Of a stretch of 64,000 bases of DNA, positions 1 to 9,381 are shown piece after piece. The translations under genes were made by a program, and so were the position numbers. Under the pieces are notes generated by a model. That model was given only the letters and a program-made list of their open reading frames with translations. It did no database searches and was not told the origin of the DNA. Within the stretch, counting starts at the first letter, position 1, and each line of letters opens with the position of its first letter. The stretch comes from an uncultured Candidatus Saccharibacteria bacterium (lineage in GTDB: Bacteria > Patescibacteriota > Minisyncoccia > UBA6257 > 2-01-FULL-56-20): assembly GCA_964484655.1 (NCBI GenBank), contig CAZAFA010000002.1:123860-187859 (forward strand), written 5' to 3'.

Positions 1-1
1 C

Positions 2-91
2 ATCCTCCCCTCGTTGCACGGCGGCTGGAAGGTGGCCGAGCTGCTCGCCGGCGCGACGCTGCCCCCGTCCATCTTTGACGTCCCGGCCTAG
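2..91 (+). CDS. 3' end of an unidentified protein-coding gene (partial, enters from upstream of the window)
   Basis: Open frame from the window edge to TAG at about 89-91 (...ILPSLHGGWKVAELLAGATLPPSIFDVPA*). It is too short to identify. Confidence 0.25.
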   Translation: MLPSLHGGWKVAELLAGATLPPSIFDVPA

Positions 92-177
92 CCGCATTGA
101 CCGCGGGCGGGAGCGGCTCTCTAATACGTGCAGCTAGGCTACCCCATAGCGAAAACTGATGAATAAGGAGACCCCGA

Positions 178-963
178 ATGAATAAGAAGCAATCGGGCGT
201 CCTGACGCCCGACGAGATACTTGAGCAGTACCGCTCCCAGCTCCGGTTCATCACGCCGGAATTCCTGGCGACGGTGGACTTCGGCAGCATGACCGGACTC
301 GGCGACGACATCGTCTTCGCCCTGACCTACATGCAACGCATCGAGGATGCCGTCTGGGGCGTGTATTTCAACGAGCTGATGTCCACGCCGACCGGCAAGA
401 ACCCGTGCGTCGCGGCATTCCTGGAGACGTGGAAGGAGGAGGAAGGGCGCCACGCCGCCGCCCTCGACCGCGTGCTCGCGCTCTACGAGCGTCCCCCGCT
501 CGTTCCCGGACGCAACCGCGACAGCGGCTGGGCGGCCCGCCTGACTGGCGAGCGGCTCTTCGGCGCCGTGCACATGGCGTTCGGCGCGACCAACGAGCTG
601 ATGACCGCATTCGGCTACCGGATGCTCGCGCAGCGGTGCGGCAACCCCGAGCTCGCGCGCCTCCTGCAGGCGATCGCGAAGGAGGAGGCGATCCATTACG
701 CGTTCTACTACCGGATGGCGCGCTACTACCTGGAGCGCTCCCGGGTCGCTCGCTGGCTCACGCTCCATCTGCTCAACCTGTTCGCGATCGGCGTCGGCAT
801 CGGCGTCGTCGCGGCGCGGGACGGGCACCAGGTCATGCGGATACTCTTCGCCGGCAAGCGGGACGAGTTCGTGCAGGCCGTGCAGAAGCCGATCGCGAAG
901 CTGCCGGGACTGGGAGGGTTCACTGCCATGCAGAGCCTCGTGGAACGGGCGCAGATCGCCTGA
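178..963 (+). CDS. ferritin-like diiron-carboxylate protein (hypothetical)
   Basis: Two E-x-x-H motifs (EEEGRH, KEEAIHY) spaced as in ferritin-like diiron proteins. The antisense ORF 139..1008 is Arg-rich, as is typical for GC-rich antisense frames. Confidence 0.5.
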   Translation: MNKKQSGVLTPDEILEQYRSQLRFITPEFLATVDFGSMTGLGDDIVFALTYMQRIEDAVWGVYFNELMSTPTGKNPCVAAFLETWKEEEGRHAAALDRVLALYERPPLVPGRNRDSGWAARLTGERLFGAVHMAFGATNELMTAFGYRMLAQRCGNPELARLLQAIAKEEAIHYAFYYRMARYYLERSRVARWLTLHLLNLFAIGVGIGVVAARDGHQVMRILFAGKRDEFVQAVQKPIAKLPGLGGFTAMQSLVERAQIA

Positions 964-1006
964 GAGAAAGGGACCGCGGAAGCGGTCCCTTTGGTACGAT
1001 TCCTCC

Positions 1007-1654
1007 ATGGAACCGCTGCAGCTGCAGGATATGAAGGCGATCGAGCGGAAGCTCTACCTGAAGCTGGTCATGAAGGGGCACCTGCACCTCGAGGGGTCGG
1101 CCTCACCGGAGGAGCTCCTCTATCTCTACGAGACCGCCCGTCGCGAAGGCGCGCGCCTCATAGGCGAGATCGGCTTCAACGCGGGATTCTCGAGCTACGC
1201 GCTCCTCGCCACGCATCCCGAGGCGCGGGTCGTCTCCTTCGACATCGGCGACCACGGCTACGTCGGCGACGCCAAGGCGCTCATTGACCGCGAGTTCCCG
1301 GGCAGGCACGAGCTCGTCTTCGGCGACTCCCGCGAGACGCTGCCGCGGTTCGCGGACGAGCGTCCGGAGCGCTTCGACTTTTTCTTCATCGACGGCGGGC
1401 ACGACTACGAGGTCGCCTCCGCGGACATACGGAACGCGCGATCGGTCTGCCGCGAGGGCGCGGCGATCGTCATGGACGACCTCGTCCCCTGGCTTCCCTG
1501 GGGCGCGGGACCGACGCGCGCCTGGGAGGAAGCGCTCGCCGCGGGGGCGATACGGCAGGAGGAGCTCGTGCAGGACGGCATGCGCGTCGAGAAGGTTACC
1601 GAGCCCGCGGGACGGGCCTGGGCGCTCGGGAGGTTCAACGGATCAGCAGGATAG
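1007..1654 (+). CDS. class I SAM-dependent methyltransferase (Methyltransf_24 / O-MTase family 3-like)
   Basis: IGEIGFNAGFSS (glycine-rich SAM motif I), VVSFDIG, DFFFIDGGHDYE; about 215 aa. Confidence 0.7.
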   Translation: MEPLQLQDMKAIERKLYLKLVMKGHLHLEGSASPEELLYLYETARREGARLIGEIGFNAGFSSYALLATHPEARVVSFDIGDHGYVGDAKALIDREFPGRHELVFGDSRETLPRFADERPERFDFFFIDGGHDYEVASADIRNARSVCREGAAIVMDDLVPWLPWGAGPTRAWEEALAAGAIRQEELVQDGMRVEKVTEPAGRAWALGRFNGSAG

Positions 1655-2207
1655 CCGCGATGCCCGCTGCGAGTACCAGCGCTTCCAAAAGAAGGAGCCG
1701 GAGGTAGGGCCGCTGCGGACGCAGGTACATGTCCCGCAACCAGTTAGGATTGCCATAGCGCGCCGCGGCCGCGCGCTGCTGCTCCGGCGTCCACACCGCG
1801 ACGAGATTATGGAGCGTGAGCGAGGCGTCTCCCACCGGCTCGCTGAGGAACTTGTAGTAGTTGCGCGAGAAGGGGCGCAGCCAGGCGATGCCCCACCCGA
1901 TGCCGATGCTGTCGTGGACGAAATGCGCAACTGAAAGGAACGCGAACAGCCCTGCGACCGCCGGCCCAGCGACCGCCCATGCGAGCGAGGTCCCGATCGG
2001 CACGTACAGGAGCGGGACGTGCAGGAGGTCGCGATGCTCCATGTCCATCCGGTGCAAGCTGCGACGGCGCACGGCCTGGATCACCGCGTCGAGGTCCGGC
2101 AGGAGCACGAACAGGACCGCCATGAGCTCGCTCGGCAGGAGCGGGATGCCGGTCAGGCGGTGAAAGAGGGCGCCTGCCAGGAGGCCGATGCCGATATCGA
2201 GAGGCAT
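1635..2207 (-). CDS. membrane-bound metal-dependent hydrolase-like protein (YdjM/DUF457-like)
   Basis: Multi-TM hydrophobic profile with His/Asp-rich loops (HRMDMEH, HFVHD). Confidence 0.4.
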   Translation of the reverse strand: MPLDIGIGLLAGALFHRLTGIPLLPSELMAVLFVLLPDLDAVIQAVRRRSLHRMDMEHRDLLHVPLLYVPIGTSLAWAVAGPAVAGLFAFLSVAHFVHDSIGIGWGIAWLRPFSRNYYKFLSEPVGDASLTLHNLVAVWTPEQQRAAAARYGNPNWLRDMYLRPQRPYLRLLLLEALVLAAGIAAILLIR

Positions 2208-2329
2208 AGGCGGAGTATAGGCGATTCTTTGACACCGGAGCCCGCAATACCTAGGATTCGCCCGAACCTGTAGTCATTACGACAGCCATTCAGAAGTATC
2301 GCGTTAACAGCCAGATCACCGCACCCGAA

Positions 2330-2800
2330 GTGCGGATCGTTGGAGAGGACGGCGAGAGCCTCGGGGTGTTCCCCCTGAAGGAGGCGCTCGCCAAGGCGGA
2401 CCCCGAGCGCGGGATTGACCTCATCGAGGTCGTCCCCCACGCGCGGCCGCCCGTCGCCAAGCTCATGAGCTTCGACAAGTTCCGCTACCTCCAGGACAAG
2501 GAGGAGAAGCGGCTGAAGCAGGCGGCGAAGGGTTCCTCCATCAAGCAGATCCAGGTGACCGCCCGTGCCGCCGAGCACGACTGGCTCACCAAGGTGAAGC
2601 AGCTGGACACGTTCCTCGAAGAGGGCCATCCCGTGGAAGTGCAGATGAAACTGCGCGGACGCGAGAAGAGCCCGGGCATGCAGGGATGGGTCAGGGAGCG
2701 CCTCGACGCGTTCCTCGGGATGATCTCCGTCGAGTTCAAGGTGATCATGCCCGCGCGGCCCGGAGGCCGAGGCGTGATCATGCAGATCGGCAAGAAGTAA
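2330..2800 (+). CDS. infC: translation initiation factor IF-3
   Basis: VRIVGEDGESLGVFPLKEALAKA...IDLIEV...AKLMSFDKFRY matches the IF-3 N- and C-domains. The track start is GTG at 2330. The true start is probably an upstream in-frame AUU/ATT near 2276-2288 (IAQKYRVNSQITAPE...), as in IF-3 genes. Confidence 0.85.
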   Translation: MRIVGEDGESLGVFPLKEALAKADPERGIDLIEVVPHARPPVAKLMSFDKFRYLQDKEEKRLKQAAKGSSIKQIQVTARAAEHDWLTKVKQLDTFLEEGHPVEVQMKLRGREKSPGMQGWVRERLDAFLGMISVEFKVIMPARPGGRGVIMQIGKK

Positions 2801-2819
2801 CCACCAAACCACCATCACC

Positions 2820-3008
2820 ATGGCAACGAAGGCAAAGACGAAGGACGCGGTCGGGGACCGCTTCAAGGTAACCAAGAACGGGAAGGTGCTCCGCCGGTCC
2901 ATGGGCATCGGCCATTCGCGCACCCGCCAGACGAAGAAGAGCCTCCTGGCAAAGCGCTCCCACAAGCCGGTCTCCGGCGTCACCCACAAGGAGCTGAAGG
3001 CCTACTAG
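2820..3008 (+). CDS. rpmI: 50S ribosomal protein L35
   Basis: 62 aa, MATKAKTK...GKVLRRSMGIGH...; immediately downstream of infC. Confidence 0.95.
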   Translation: MATKAKTKDAVGDRFKVTKNGKVLRRSMGIGHSRTRQTKKSLLAKRSHKPVSGVTHKELKAY

Positions 3009-3045
3009 CCAAGCGAAATAAGGCCTGTTAGAGTAACCGCCACCA

Positions 3046-3399
3046 ATGCCAAGAGTTAAGCGGGGTACCATAGCCCACAAGCGTCGCGAGAAGATCCTCA
3101 AGCTCACCAAGGGCTTCAAGTGGGGCCGCAAGAGCAAGGAGCGCGCGGCCAAGGAAGCCCTCCTCCACGCCGGCGTCCACGCCTTCCAGGGACGCAAGGA
3201 GAAGAAGCGGACCAACCGCGGCCTCTGGAACATCCGCATCAACGCCTCCCTCCGCGCCGGCGACGAGCCGATGAGCTACAGCGTCTTCATCAAGAAGCTG
3301 AAGGACGCCAACATCGGCCTCAATCGCAAGGTGCTCGCCGAGATGGCGGACAAGCGCCCCGAGGCCTTCGCCGAGGTGGTCGCGATGGTCCGGAAGTAA
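3046..3399 (+). CDS. rplT: 50S ribosomal protein L20
   Basis: MPRVKRGTIAHKRREKILKLTKGF...; 117 aa; canonical infC-rpmI-rplT order. Confidence 0.95.
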   Translation: MPRVKRGTIAHKRREKILKLTKGFKWGRKSKERAAKEALLHAGVHAFQGRKEKKRTNRGLWNIRINASLRAGDEPMSYSVFIKKLKDANIGLNRKVLAEMADKRPEAFAEVVAMVRK

Positions 3400-3414
3400 A
3401 CCCGACCGAGTGTC

Positions 3415-3450
3415 GCAACAGAGCCTGGGATTCCCAGGCTCTGTTGCTAA
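3415..3450 (+). terminator. rho-independent terminator-like hairpin after rplT
   Basis: 15-bp perfect stem GCAACAGAGCCTGGG / CCCAGGCTCTGTTGC with a 3-nt loop, followed by a T-containing tail (taattcg). Confidence 0.6.
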
Positions 3451-3511
3451 TTCGAGGAATTATCGTATAAGAAGGTCAGCTGTCATCCCTGATGACAGGA
3501 GGAAAATAAAT

Positions 3512-3997
3512 ATGAAAGAAAAAGAAGCTTCCATCGTGAAGCGAACGAAATTCAGCGGAAGCGTTCCTGCCCGGCACGGAGCGCGTACGATCAAGAACTG
3601 GCGGAGCGGCCTGCTGCACGAGGTCGTAGGCAGCATCGCCCTTCTTGGCAACGAGCCGGACTGGACGGAAACCGAGGCCGTCGCCGTCGAGGAATACGAG
3701 CTCGTCGGAAGCGGCACGTTCAAGGAAGTCTTCCGCGCCATCGGCAAAGTCTCGGGACTTATCTGGACCGAGGACCAGTTCATCGCGCTGCTCGAGCACA
3801 ACTGCGAGCAGCTCTACGGAGCGCAGTCGTATTTCGCGCTGGTATGGGCGGACGGCCACCAGGTCGCCGTCATGCGCTTCGACAAGGTCGGCGAGTACGC
3901 CTTCGACCACTGCGTATATCCGTGGGAGGATGCGACGAAATGGGATGCGCGCGGAATCCCGCCGCGCTATCTCGTGCCTGAAGTGTCGGCACGCTAG
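3512..3997 (+). CDS. hypothetical protein (161 aa)
   Basis: AGGAGG 8 nt upstream of ATG at about 3512. The upstream 34 codons of the track ORF run through the terminator hairpin and are unlikely to be coding. No recognisable motifs. Confidence 0.5.
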   Translation: MKEKEASIVKRTKFSGSVPARHGARTIKNWRSGLLHEVVGSIALLGNEPDWTETEAVAVEEYELVGSGTFKEVFRAIGKVSGLIWTEDQFIALLEHNCEQLYGAQSYFALVWADGHQVAVMRFDKVGEYAFDHCVYPWEDATKWDARGIPPRYLVPEVSAR

Positions 3998-4002
3998 GAA
4001 AT

Positions 4003-4027
4003 AAAGCAGCCCCGAGGGGCTGCTTTC
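4003..4027. terminator. bidirectional terminator hairpin between convergent genes
   Basis: AAAGCAGCCCC-GAG-GGGCTGCTTT, a perfect 10-bp stem flanked by A-runs and T-runs on both sides. Confidence 0.6.
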
Positions 4028-4029
4028 CG

Positions 4030-4629
4030 TTACTTCCCGTCAGGCGAATGCCGCTTCTGGCCGCCGCGCCGTCCCCGTCCGCGCCGCGAGCGCTTCCTGC
4101 CGGCCCCTGCCGGACGCGGACCCTCCGCGCGCTGCGGACCGCCCTCCTGCTTGCGGATGAAGTCGTGCGCCTGCTTGAGCACGCGCTTGGTGCCCACGTA
4201 CTTGGCGCCCACTACCTTCATCGCGTCCGCGAAGAGGAACCAGGCGTACCCGCTGTGCTCGCGGGGAGAGATCCGGACCTCCGCCTGCTCGGTGAGGGCC
4301 AGGTAGAGGATTACCGTGTCGTAGATGCGCTCGTCCCCGATCTTGAAGTTGTACCGCAGCTGCGTCTTGAAGTTCGGGACGATCGAGAGCTCCTCCTCCT
4401 TGAGCCCGGTCTCCTCGCGCAGCTCGCGCAACGCGGCCGAGAGGTCGTTCTCCCCTTCCTCGAACTTGCCCTTCGGGAAGTTCCAGTACGTGCCGCGCCG
4501 GTACAGGAGGAGGTACTTCGGACCCTCCTCGGTCTTGCGGCATACCACGAAACCGGCGACGGTCTGTCTCTTGACCGTCGCTTCTTTCTTCGTTGTGGGA
4601 GGGGCCTTGGGGCGCTCCTCAGGAGGCAT
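4030..4629 (-). CDS. NUDIX hydrolase with basic C-terminal tail
   Basis: Nudix box GKFEEGENDLSAALRELREETGL (G-x5-E-x7-REUxEExGU). Confidence 0.8.
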   Translation of the reverse strand: MPPEERPKAPPTTKKEATVKRQTVAGFVVCRKTEEGPKYLLLYRRGTYWNFPKGKFEEGENDLSAALRELREETGLKEEELSIVPNFKTQLRYNFKIGDERIYDTVILYLALTEQAEVRISPREHSGYAWFLFADAMKVVGAKYVGTKRVLKQAHDFIRKQEGGPQRAEGPRPAGAGRKRSRRGRGRRGGQKRHSPDGK

Positions 4630-4661
4630 GGGCAGAGTGTAGCATCCGCCCTATGGGCCGG

Positions 4662-5324
4662 CTACCGCGTCCGGTTGAAGTACGCGAGGAACGTGTCCCA
4701 GGGACGGCTCACCTTGCGCAGGCCGCTCGGCATCATGAACGTCGGGCCGTACGTGATGGCGACGACGGCGATCATGCAGAGCACGCCGGTGGCGATGAAG
4801 ACCGTCGGGAAGCCGTACGTGGCCGCAACGACGCCGCCGAGGAGGCCCGAGACGCCGGTGGCGATGCCGCCGACGGACCGGTCGATGGCCCACTCCATGG
4901 CCGTATGGTCCGGATCGACGTGGTGCGTGAAGAGCACGCTCCAGGACGGCACGTAGAGCGCGTAGCCGAGGCCGTTGAGGAACTGGAGCAGGTAGATGTG
5001 CTGCATGGTGGTCGCGAGCGGCGTGAGGAACGCCGCGACGGCCGAGAGGACGAGGCCGAGGACGAGCGCGTGGAAATCGCGCTGCTCGCCAGCCGTCCGG
5101 TCCAGGAACGAGGCGATGGGCACCTGCGCCAGGGCGCGCGTGAACCAGAACACGGCGACCGAGGCGCCGACCGCGCCGAGCGTCCCGCCCGGGATGTTCT
5201 CGAGGATGAAGACGCTCATGATCGGCGTGATCAGCCCCCACCCCGCGAGGAGGGCGAGGTCGGAGAAGATGAGGATCGAGACGATGCGGTTGAGCGTCAG
5301 CCGGTTGCTGGGCTTGGGATCCAT
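4662..5324 (-). CDS. integral membrane protein, MFS-transporter-like 6-TM half
   Basis: Start placed at the internal MDPKPSNR. The upstream 49 codons of the track ORF overlap the neighbouring gene and are Arg-rich. Roughly six hydrophobic helices. Confidence 0.4.
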   Translation of the reverse strand: MDPKPSNRLTLNRIVSILIFSDLALLAGWGLITPIMSVFILENIPGGTLGAVGASVAVFWFTRALAQVPIASFLDRTAGEQRDFHALVLGLVLSAVAAFLTPLATTMQHIYLLQFLNGLGYALYVPSWSVLFTHHVDPDHTAMEWAIDRSVGGIATGVSGLLGGVVAATYGFPTVFIATGVLCMIAVVAITYGPTFMMPSGLRKVSRPWDTFLAYFNRTR

Positions 5325-5329
5325 GGCGC

Positions 5330-7780
5330 TCAGTCTAGCAGAGCGAACGCGCCGTCCCGAGCGGTCAGGGTCACGTGCGCGCCGCGCGAGACCTTGCCCG
5401 CGATCAGGAGCGGCGCGAGCACGCCGTCGAGGGCGGTCTCCGCCGCGCGCCGGAGCGGGCGGGCACCCCACTGCGGGTCGTAGCCGCGCTTCACGATCTC
5501 CCCGAGCGCCGCGTCGTCCGCCTCGAGCGTGACGCCGTACTTCCCTTCGAGCAGGTTGCTGATCGCCGCGACCGTGAGCCCGGCGATGCGGCGCAACTGG
5601 TCAGGCGCGAGGTCCCTGAAGATGACGATGCGCGTGAAGCGGTTGAGGAGCTCCGTCGGGAACACGTCCGAGAGCTTCTCGCGCAGGTATCCCTCCATGC
5701 TCGCGACTCCCTCGCCGCTGCGGAGCGCGTCGCGGAGCAGGTCGGTGTGCGCGTTGCTCGTCGCGACCATGAGCGTGTCGGCGAACGAGACGAGCCTGCC
5801 GAGGCCGTCGGTGATGCGCCCGTCGCCGATCACCTGGAGGAGCAGCCGGATCGCTTCCGGGCTCGCCTTCTCGATCTCGTCGAGGAGCACCAGGCGATGC
5901 GGTGACTGGCGCACCGGCTCGGTGAGCGCGCCTTGGACCTCCTTGGTGCCCAGCAGGCGCGCGATGCTCCCCGCCTCGGCGAACTCGCTCATGTCCAGGC
6001 GCGTGAACGCCTCCTTCCCGTACACGGCGTCCGCGATCGCCTTCGCGAGCTCGGTCTTGCCGACGCCGGTCGGACCCACGAAGAGGAAGCTCGGCGGGTT
6101 GTCGGAGGCGACCAGGCCCGCGCGGTACGCGCGCACCGCCTCCGCGACCGCGGATACCGCCTCGTCCTGCCCGAGGACGCGCTCCTTGAGCATGCCCTCG
6201 AGGCCGAGCAGCACCTCGGCCTCCGCCTCCTGCGCCGCGCCGACCGGCACGTGCGTCTGCTTCTCGATCGCCTTCTCGACGTCGGCGGCGGTCACGCGGC
6301 TGCCGCCCAGGCCGCGGACCATCTGCGCCGTCTCCGCGACCAGGTCCAGCGCGCTTCCCGGCACCGGGCGCGCGGGCGCGAGGTAACGCGCCGCGAGCGA
6401 CGCGGCCTTCTGGAGCGCGCTCACCGAGATGCCGACGCCGTTCTGTCCCTCGATCTCGCGCGCGTGCAAGGCGAGCACTGCCATGGTGTCCTCGACCGAC
6501 AGCGGCTGCAGGCGGATGACCTCGAAGGTGCCGGCCACGTCGCCGCGCGTCTCGAGGATGCGCGCGTACGCCTCCGGCGTGGTCGCGGCGAGCACGGGGA
6601 AGGTGTCGGCGGTGAGGATCGGGAGGAGCACGTCGGCCGCCGCCACGTACGCGCCGGTCGCCTGCGCGAGATGCTCGAAGTCGGGGATGTAGAGCACGAT
6701 GTTGCCCGCGACCACGATCTCGTCCGCCACCGCCTTCACGGCGGAGGCGGGATCGGAGCCGCCCGAGGCGAGCAGGGACGCGACGTCGATCCGCACCAGG
6801 CGCCGGTCCAGGAGCGGCGCAGGCGCGGTGCCGCGCACGATCGCGCGCGCGATCTCCCCTGCCACCGTCTCCTTCCCGCCGGAGACGGGCGCCACCAGGA
6901 GCGCGTGCGGATGCGTCGCCTTGGCGAGCGCCGCGAGCGCGTTCTCGTACGCCTCGGCATGGCCCTGCAGCTCGGGGAGCAGGTCGAGACGCGCGAGGTC
7001 GGTGAGGTCGGAGGAGATCGCGTCGAGCGCCGGGGTCGGGCGGCTCGTCCACGCCTTGTTCATGACGTGGTGCGGCACGACGCGCGGCACGCGACGCGGG
7101 GACCGGGCATCGAGCGTCGCGGCCTTCGCCGCGTACGCGAGCTCGTACCGGTCGAGGCGCGCGCGGGCGGCCTCGCGCACGACGAGCGGGTCGTCCGCGG
7201 CGACGAGCCCGGCCAGGAGCGTCACCGGCGTGATCTCGTCAGCCCCGAGCGACACGGCGACGTCGGCGGCCGCGGCGGCGGTCGCGGCGAGGATCGTCCG
7301 CACCGCCTCGTCGGAGTGCGGCGCGGGCAGCTGCTCGACCGGCGGGTTGGCGAGCGCGTCGAGGTCCGCCTCGGTCCGCGCGAGCGCGCGGAGCACGCTC
7401 TTGTCGCGCATGAGCTGCGCGAGCAGGGCGAGCGGGAGCGGCGCGCGGAGCACGCGGGCGGCATCGTACGCCCGCTCGACGGCGCGGTACGCGGCGGGGG
7501 TGAAGGCGGGCGCCAGGTTGGGCGTGGCCGCGCCGAGGTCGGCGAGGCGCTTGTCCGCGTGGCCGCGGTAGGCGAAGCGCTCGAGGAGGATGAGGAAGGC
7601 GAAGACCGCGGCGCCGCGCACGAGCGGCACGTCGCTGAGGGCGCCCAGGAGCGCCGATGCGCCCAGGACCACGAGCGTGGCGCCGGAAGCTACGCGCACG
7701 AGCATGCGCCCCGGCACGGACAGGCCGAGGCGCGGGTCGGCGTAAACGGCCGCGCGTTCGCTAAAGGAGGCCGACTGCAT
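5330..7780 (-). CDS. membrane-anchored Clp/Hsp100-family AAA+ protein (Clp_N-like repeats, degenerate NBD1, intact NBD2)
   Basis: NBD2 carries Walker A FVGPTGVGKTELAKA, Walker B LVLLDEIEKA and sensor-2 GARPLRR. NBD1 is degenerate: Walker A-like SGGKET and Walker B-like LYIPDFEH. The N-terminus has two predicted TM helices. Confidence 0.8.
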   Translation of the reverse strand: MQSASFSERAAVYADPRLGLSVPGRMLVRVASGATLVVLGASALLGALSDVPLVRGAAVFAFLILLERFAYRGHADKRLADLGAATPNLAPAFTPAAYRAVERAYDAARVLRAPLPLALLAQLMRDKSVLRALARTEADLDALANPPVEQLPAPHSDEAVRTILAATAAAAADVAVSLGADEITPVTLLAGLVAADDPLVVREAARARLDRYELAYAAKAATLDARSPRRVPRVVPHHVMNKAWTSRPTPALDAISSDLTDLARLDLLPELQGHAEAYENALAALAKATHPHALLVAPVSGGKETVAGEIARAIVRGTAPAPLLDRRLVRIDVASLLASGGSDPASAVKAVADEIVVAGNIVLYIPDFEHLAQATGAYVAAADVLLPILTADTFPVLAATTPEAYARILETRGDVAGTFEVIRLQPLSVEDTMAVLALHAREIEGQNGVGISVSALQKAASLAARYLAPARPVPGSALDLVAETAQMVRGLGGSRVTAADVEKAIEKQTHVPVGAAQEAEAEVLLGLEGMLKERVLGQDEAVSAVAEAVRAYRAGLVASDNPPSFLFVGPTGVGKTELAKAIADAVYGKEAFTRLDMSEFAEAGSIARLLGTKEVQGALTEPVRQSPHRLVLLDEIEKASPEAIRLLLQVIGDGRITDGLGRLVSFADTLMVATSNAHTDLLRDALRSGEGVASMEGYLREKLSDVFPTELLNRFTRIVIFRDLAPDQLRRIAGLTVAAISNLLEGKYGVTLEADDAALGEIVKRGYDPQWGARPLRRAAETALDGVLAPLLIAGKVSRGAHVTLTARDGAFALLD

Positions 7781-8162
7781 AGGCGATCGTGAGGAGCGGG
7801 AACGCGGCCCAGAGGAGCCATCCGGCGAGGAAGAGGGATGCGATCAGCGCGTGCGCGGCGAGGCCGCCGGCGAGGCGGCCCATGCGGAAGATCGGGCCGA
7901 TGATCCGGCCGACGAACGAGTAGTCCCCGTACAGCGGGCGGAAGAGCAGGTGGAGCTGCGCGCGGCTCGCCACCGCGTCCTCGAGCGAGCGCGAGACGAG
8001 GCGGTACCGCGCGCGGAAGAACCGGGTCCCGTCGACGTACCAGTGCGCGAAGAACCCGGCGAGTCGGGCGAGGGCGAGCTGCACGAGGTACGAGAGCGCG
8101 AACGTGCCCTGCATGCCCTGAAGTGTAGCACCTAGCCGGATTCGCCCGCGCGTGCGCGGCAC
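7761..8162 (-). CDS. small hypothetical membrane protein
   Basis: Hydrophobic segments; overlaps the start of the Clp-like gene by about 20 nt, which suggests translational coupling. Confidence 0.35.
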   Translation of the reverse strand: MPRTRGRIRLGATLQGMQGTFALSYLVQLALARLAGFFAHWYVDGTRFFRARYRLVSRSLEDAVASRAQLHLLFRPLYGDYSFVGRIIGPIFRMGRLAGGLAAHALIASLFLAGWLLWAAFPLLTIAYAVGLL

Positions 8163-8707
8163 GCCTCGAGCACCGCCGGCAGCTTCGTGAACGAGGCCTC
8201 GAACAGTCGCATCATCTCCGGGCTGCGGAGCGCGGCCGCAGGATGGAGCATCGGGCAGACGAACCGTCCGCCGATGCGGAACACGGTCCCCTGGTCGCGC
8301 GTGATCTTCGCGTCCGGCAGGAAATGGTTCATCGAGAAGCGCCCGAGCGGCACGACGAGCACGGGCGCGATGATCGCGAGCTGCTCGGCGAGGAACGGCT
8401 GGTACGCGCGGATCTCCTCGGGCAGCGGATCGCGGTTGCCCGGCGGGCGGCGCTTCACGATGTTGGTGATGTACACGTCCTCGCGGCGCCAGCCGATCCG
8501 CTCCAGGTTCCTGTTCAGCAGCTGCCCGCCGCGCCCGACGAACGGGCGCACGAGCTCGTCCTCCTTCGCGCCGGGCGCCTCGCCCACGAACACGACGTCG
8601 GCGTCCGCGCTCCCCTCGCCGAAGACCAGGCTCGCCTCGAGCGGCAGGGTGGCGGCGGCCATGCGGCGATGCAGCGCGTCGAGGTCGGACTGCTTGCTCA
8701 TGACCAC
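8132..8707 (-). CDS. uracil-DNA glycosylase, family 4
   Basis: [10 protein letters not shown] (GEGPG-type motif A) and C-terminal HPAAALR motif B; 191 aa. Confidence 0.8.
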   Translation of the reverse strand: MVMSKQSDLDALHRRMAAATLPLEASLVFGEGSADADVVFVGEAPGAKEDELVRPFVGRGGQLLNRNLERIGWRREDVYITNIVKRRPPGNRDPLPEEIRAYQPFLAEQLAIIAPVLVVPLGRFSMNHFLPDAKITRDQGTVFRIGGRFVCPMLHPAAALRSPEMMRLFEASFTKLPAVLEACRARAGESG

Positions 8708-8756
8708 AGTGTACAGAAGGACGGGCCGAAGCCCGTCCTTTCTTCCTTGTCGGCGT

Positions 8757-9275
8757 TCACGCCTGGGCTGCCGCGAAGGCGACGCTGCCCTCGCGGACGA
8801 CGGAAGCGAGCAGCGCCTCCTGGTCCCGGACCTGGTCGTCGCGGACGACGCGCATGCGGAGCACTGCCTTGCGGAGCGCGCGCTCTTCCTCGCGCCCGAG
8901 CTCGCGACAGCGGTCCTCGAGCTTGGCGATGAAGTGCCGGCGTTCGGTTCCCGTCATCGTGTCCCAGAGGACGTAGATGGCGCGCACGGTCTGATCCGTG
9001 ATGCCGAGCACCGCGGCGATCTCCTCGCGCAGCAGGTCCTCGTCCGCGGACAGGAACCGGTACAGCACCGACGGGTCAGGGGCGCCGAGCGCCGCCGCGG
9101 TCGCGACCGCCAGCAAGCAGCCGTGCGCGCTGTCGGGGCGGCACCATTCCCGCGTGACCAGGGTGCCGGACCGGCGCGCCTCGAGGATCGCGCGGAAGAC
9201 GACGATGGTCGCTGCGCGCGAAAGCTGGAACTTCCTGACGTGCTTCATCAGATACTTCGACTTATGTGACATTGA
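8757..9275 (-). CDS. hypothetical protein (about 172 aa)
   Basis: AGGAGG, then ATG ([12 protein letters not shown]). The long N-terminal extension in the track ORF lacks an RBS. Confidence 0.45.
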   Translation of the reverse strand, partial: SMSHKSKYLMKHVRKFQLSRAATIVVFRAILEARRSGTLVTREWCRPDSAHGCLLAVATAAALGAPDPSVLYRFLSADEDLLREEIAAVLGITDQTVRAIYVLWDTMTGTERRHFIAKLEDRCRELGREEERALRKAVLRMRVVRDDQVRDQEALLASVVREGSVAFAAAQA

Positions 9276-9354
9276 GTCACCTCCTTTATTTGGTTTCGAG
9301 CAACACGAGCTTCTAAAGCTGCCCGTAGTAAACCGCTTCCGGGGCCGAAACTCA

Positions 9355-9378
9355 AACGGAGCCCGAAGGCTCCGTTCA
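9355..9378. terminator. terminator-like hairpin
   Basis: AACGGAGCC-CGAA-GGCTCCGTT followed by CATTTTC; sits 3' of the minus-strand secreted-protein gene. Confidence 0.5.
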
Positions 9379-9381
9379 TTT

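Noticed and set aside
139-1008. 289-aa minus-strand ORF
   Set aside because: It is the antisense of the diiron-protein gene. It is Arg/Pro/Gly-rich, typical of spurious frames in GC-rich DNA.
1284-2247. ORFs 1284..1934 plus and 1807..2247 minus
   Set aside because: They overlap the methyltransferase and membrane-hydrolase genes. Ser/Arg/Pro-rich.
5601-7792. Long alternative-frame ORFs (5601..7052 minus, 5933..7792 plus, 5529..6386 plus)
   Set aside because: They overlap the well-supported Clp-ATPase gene. Arg/Gly/Ala/Pro composition is typical of off-frame translation at high GC.
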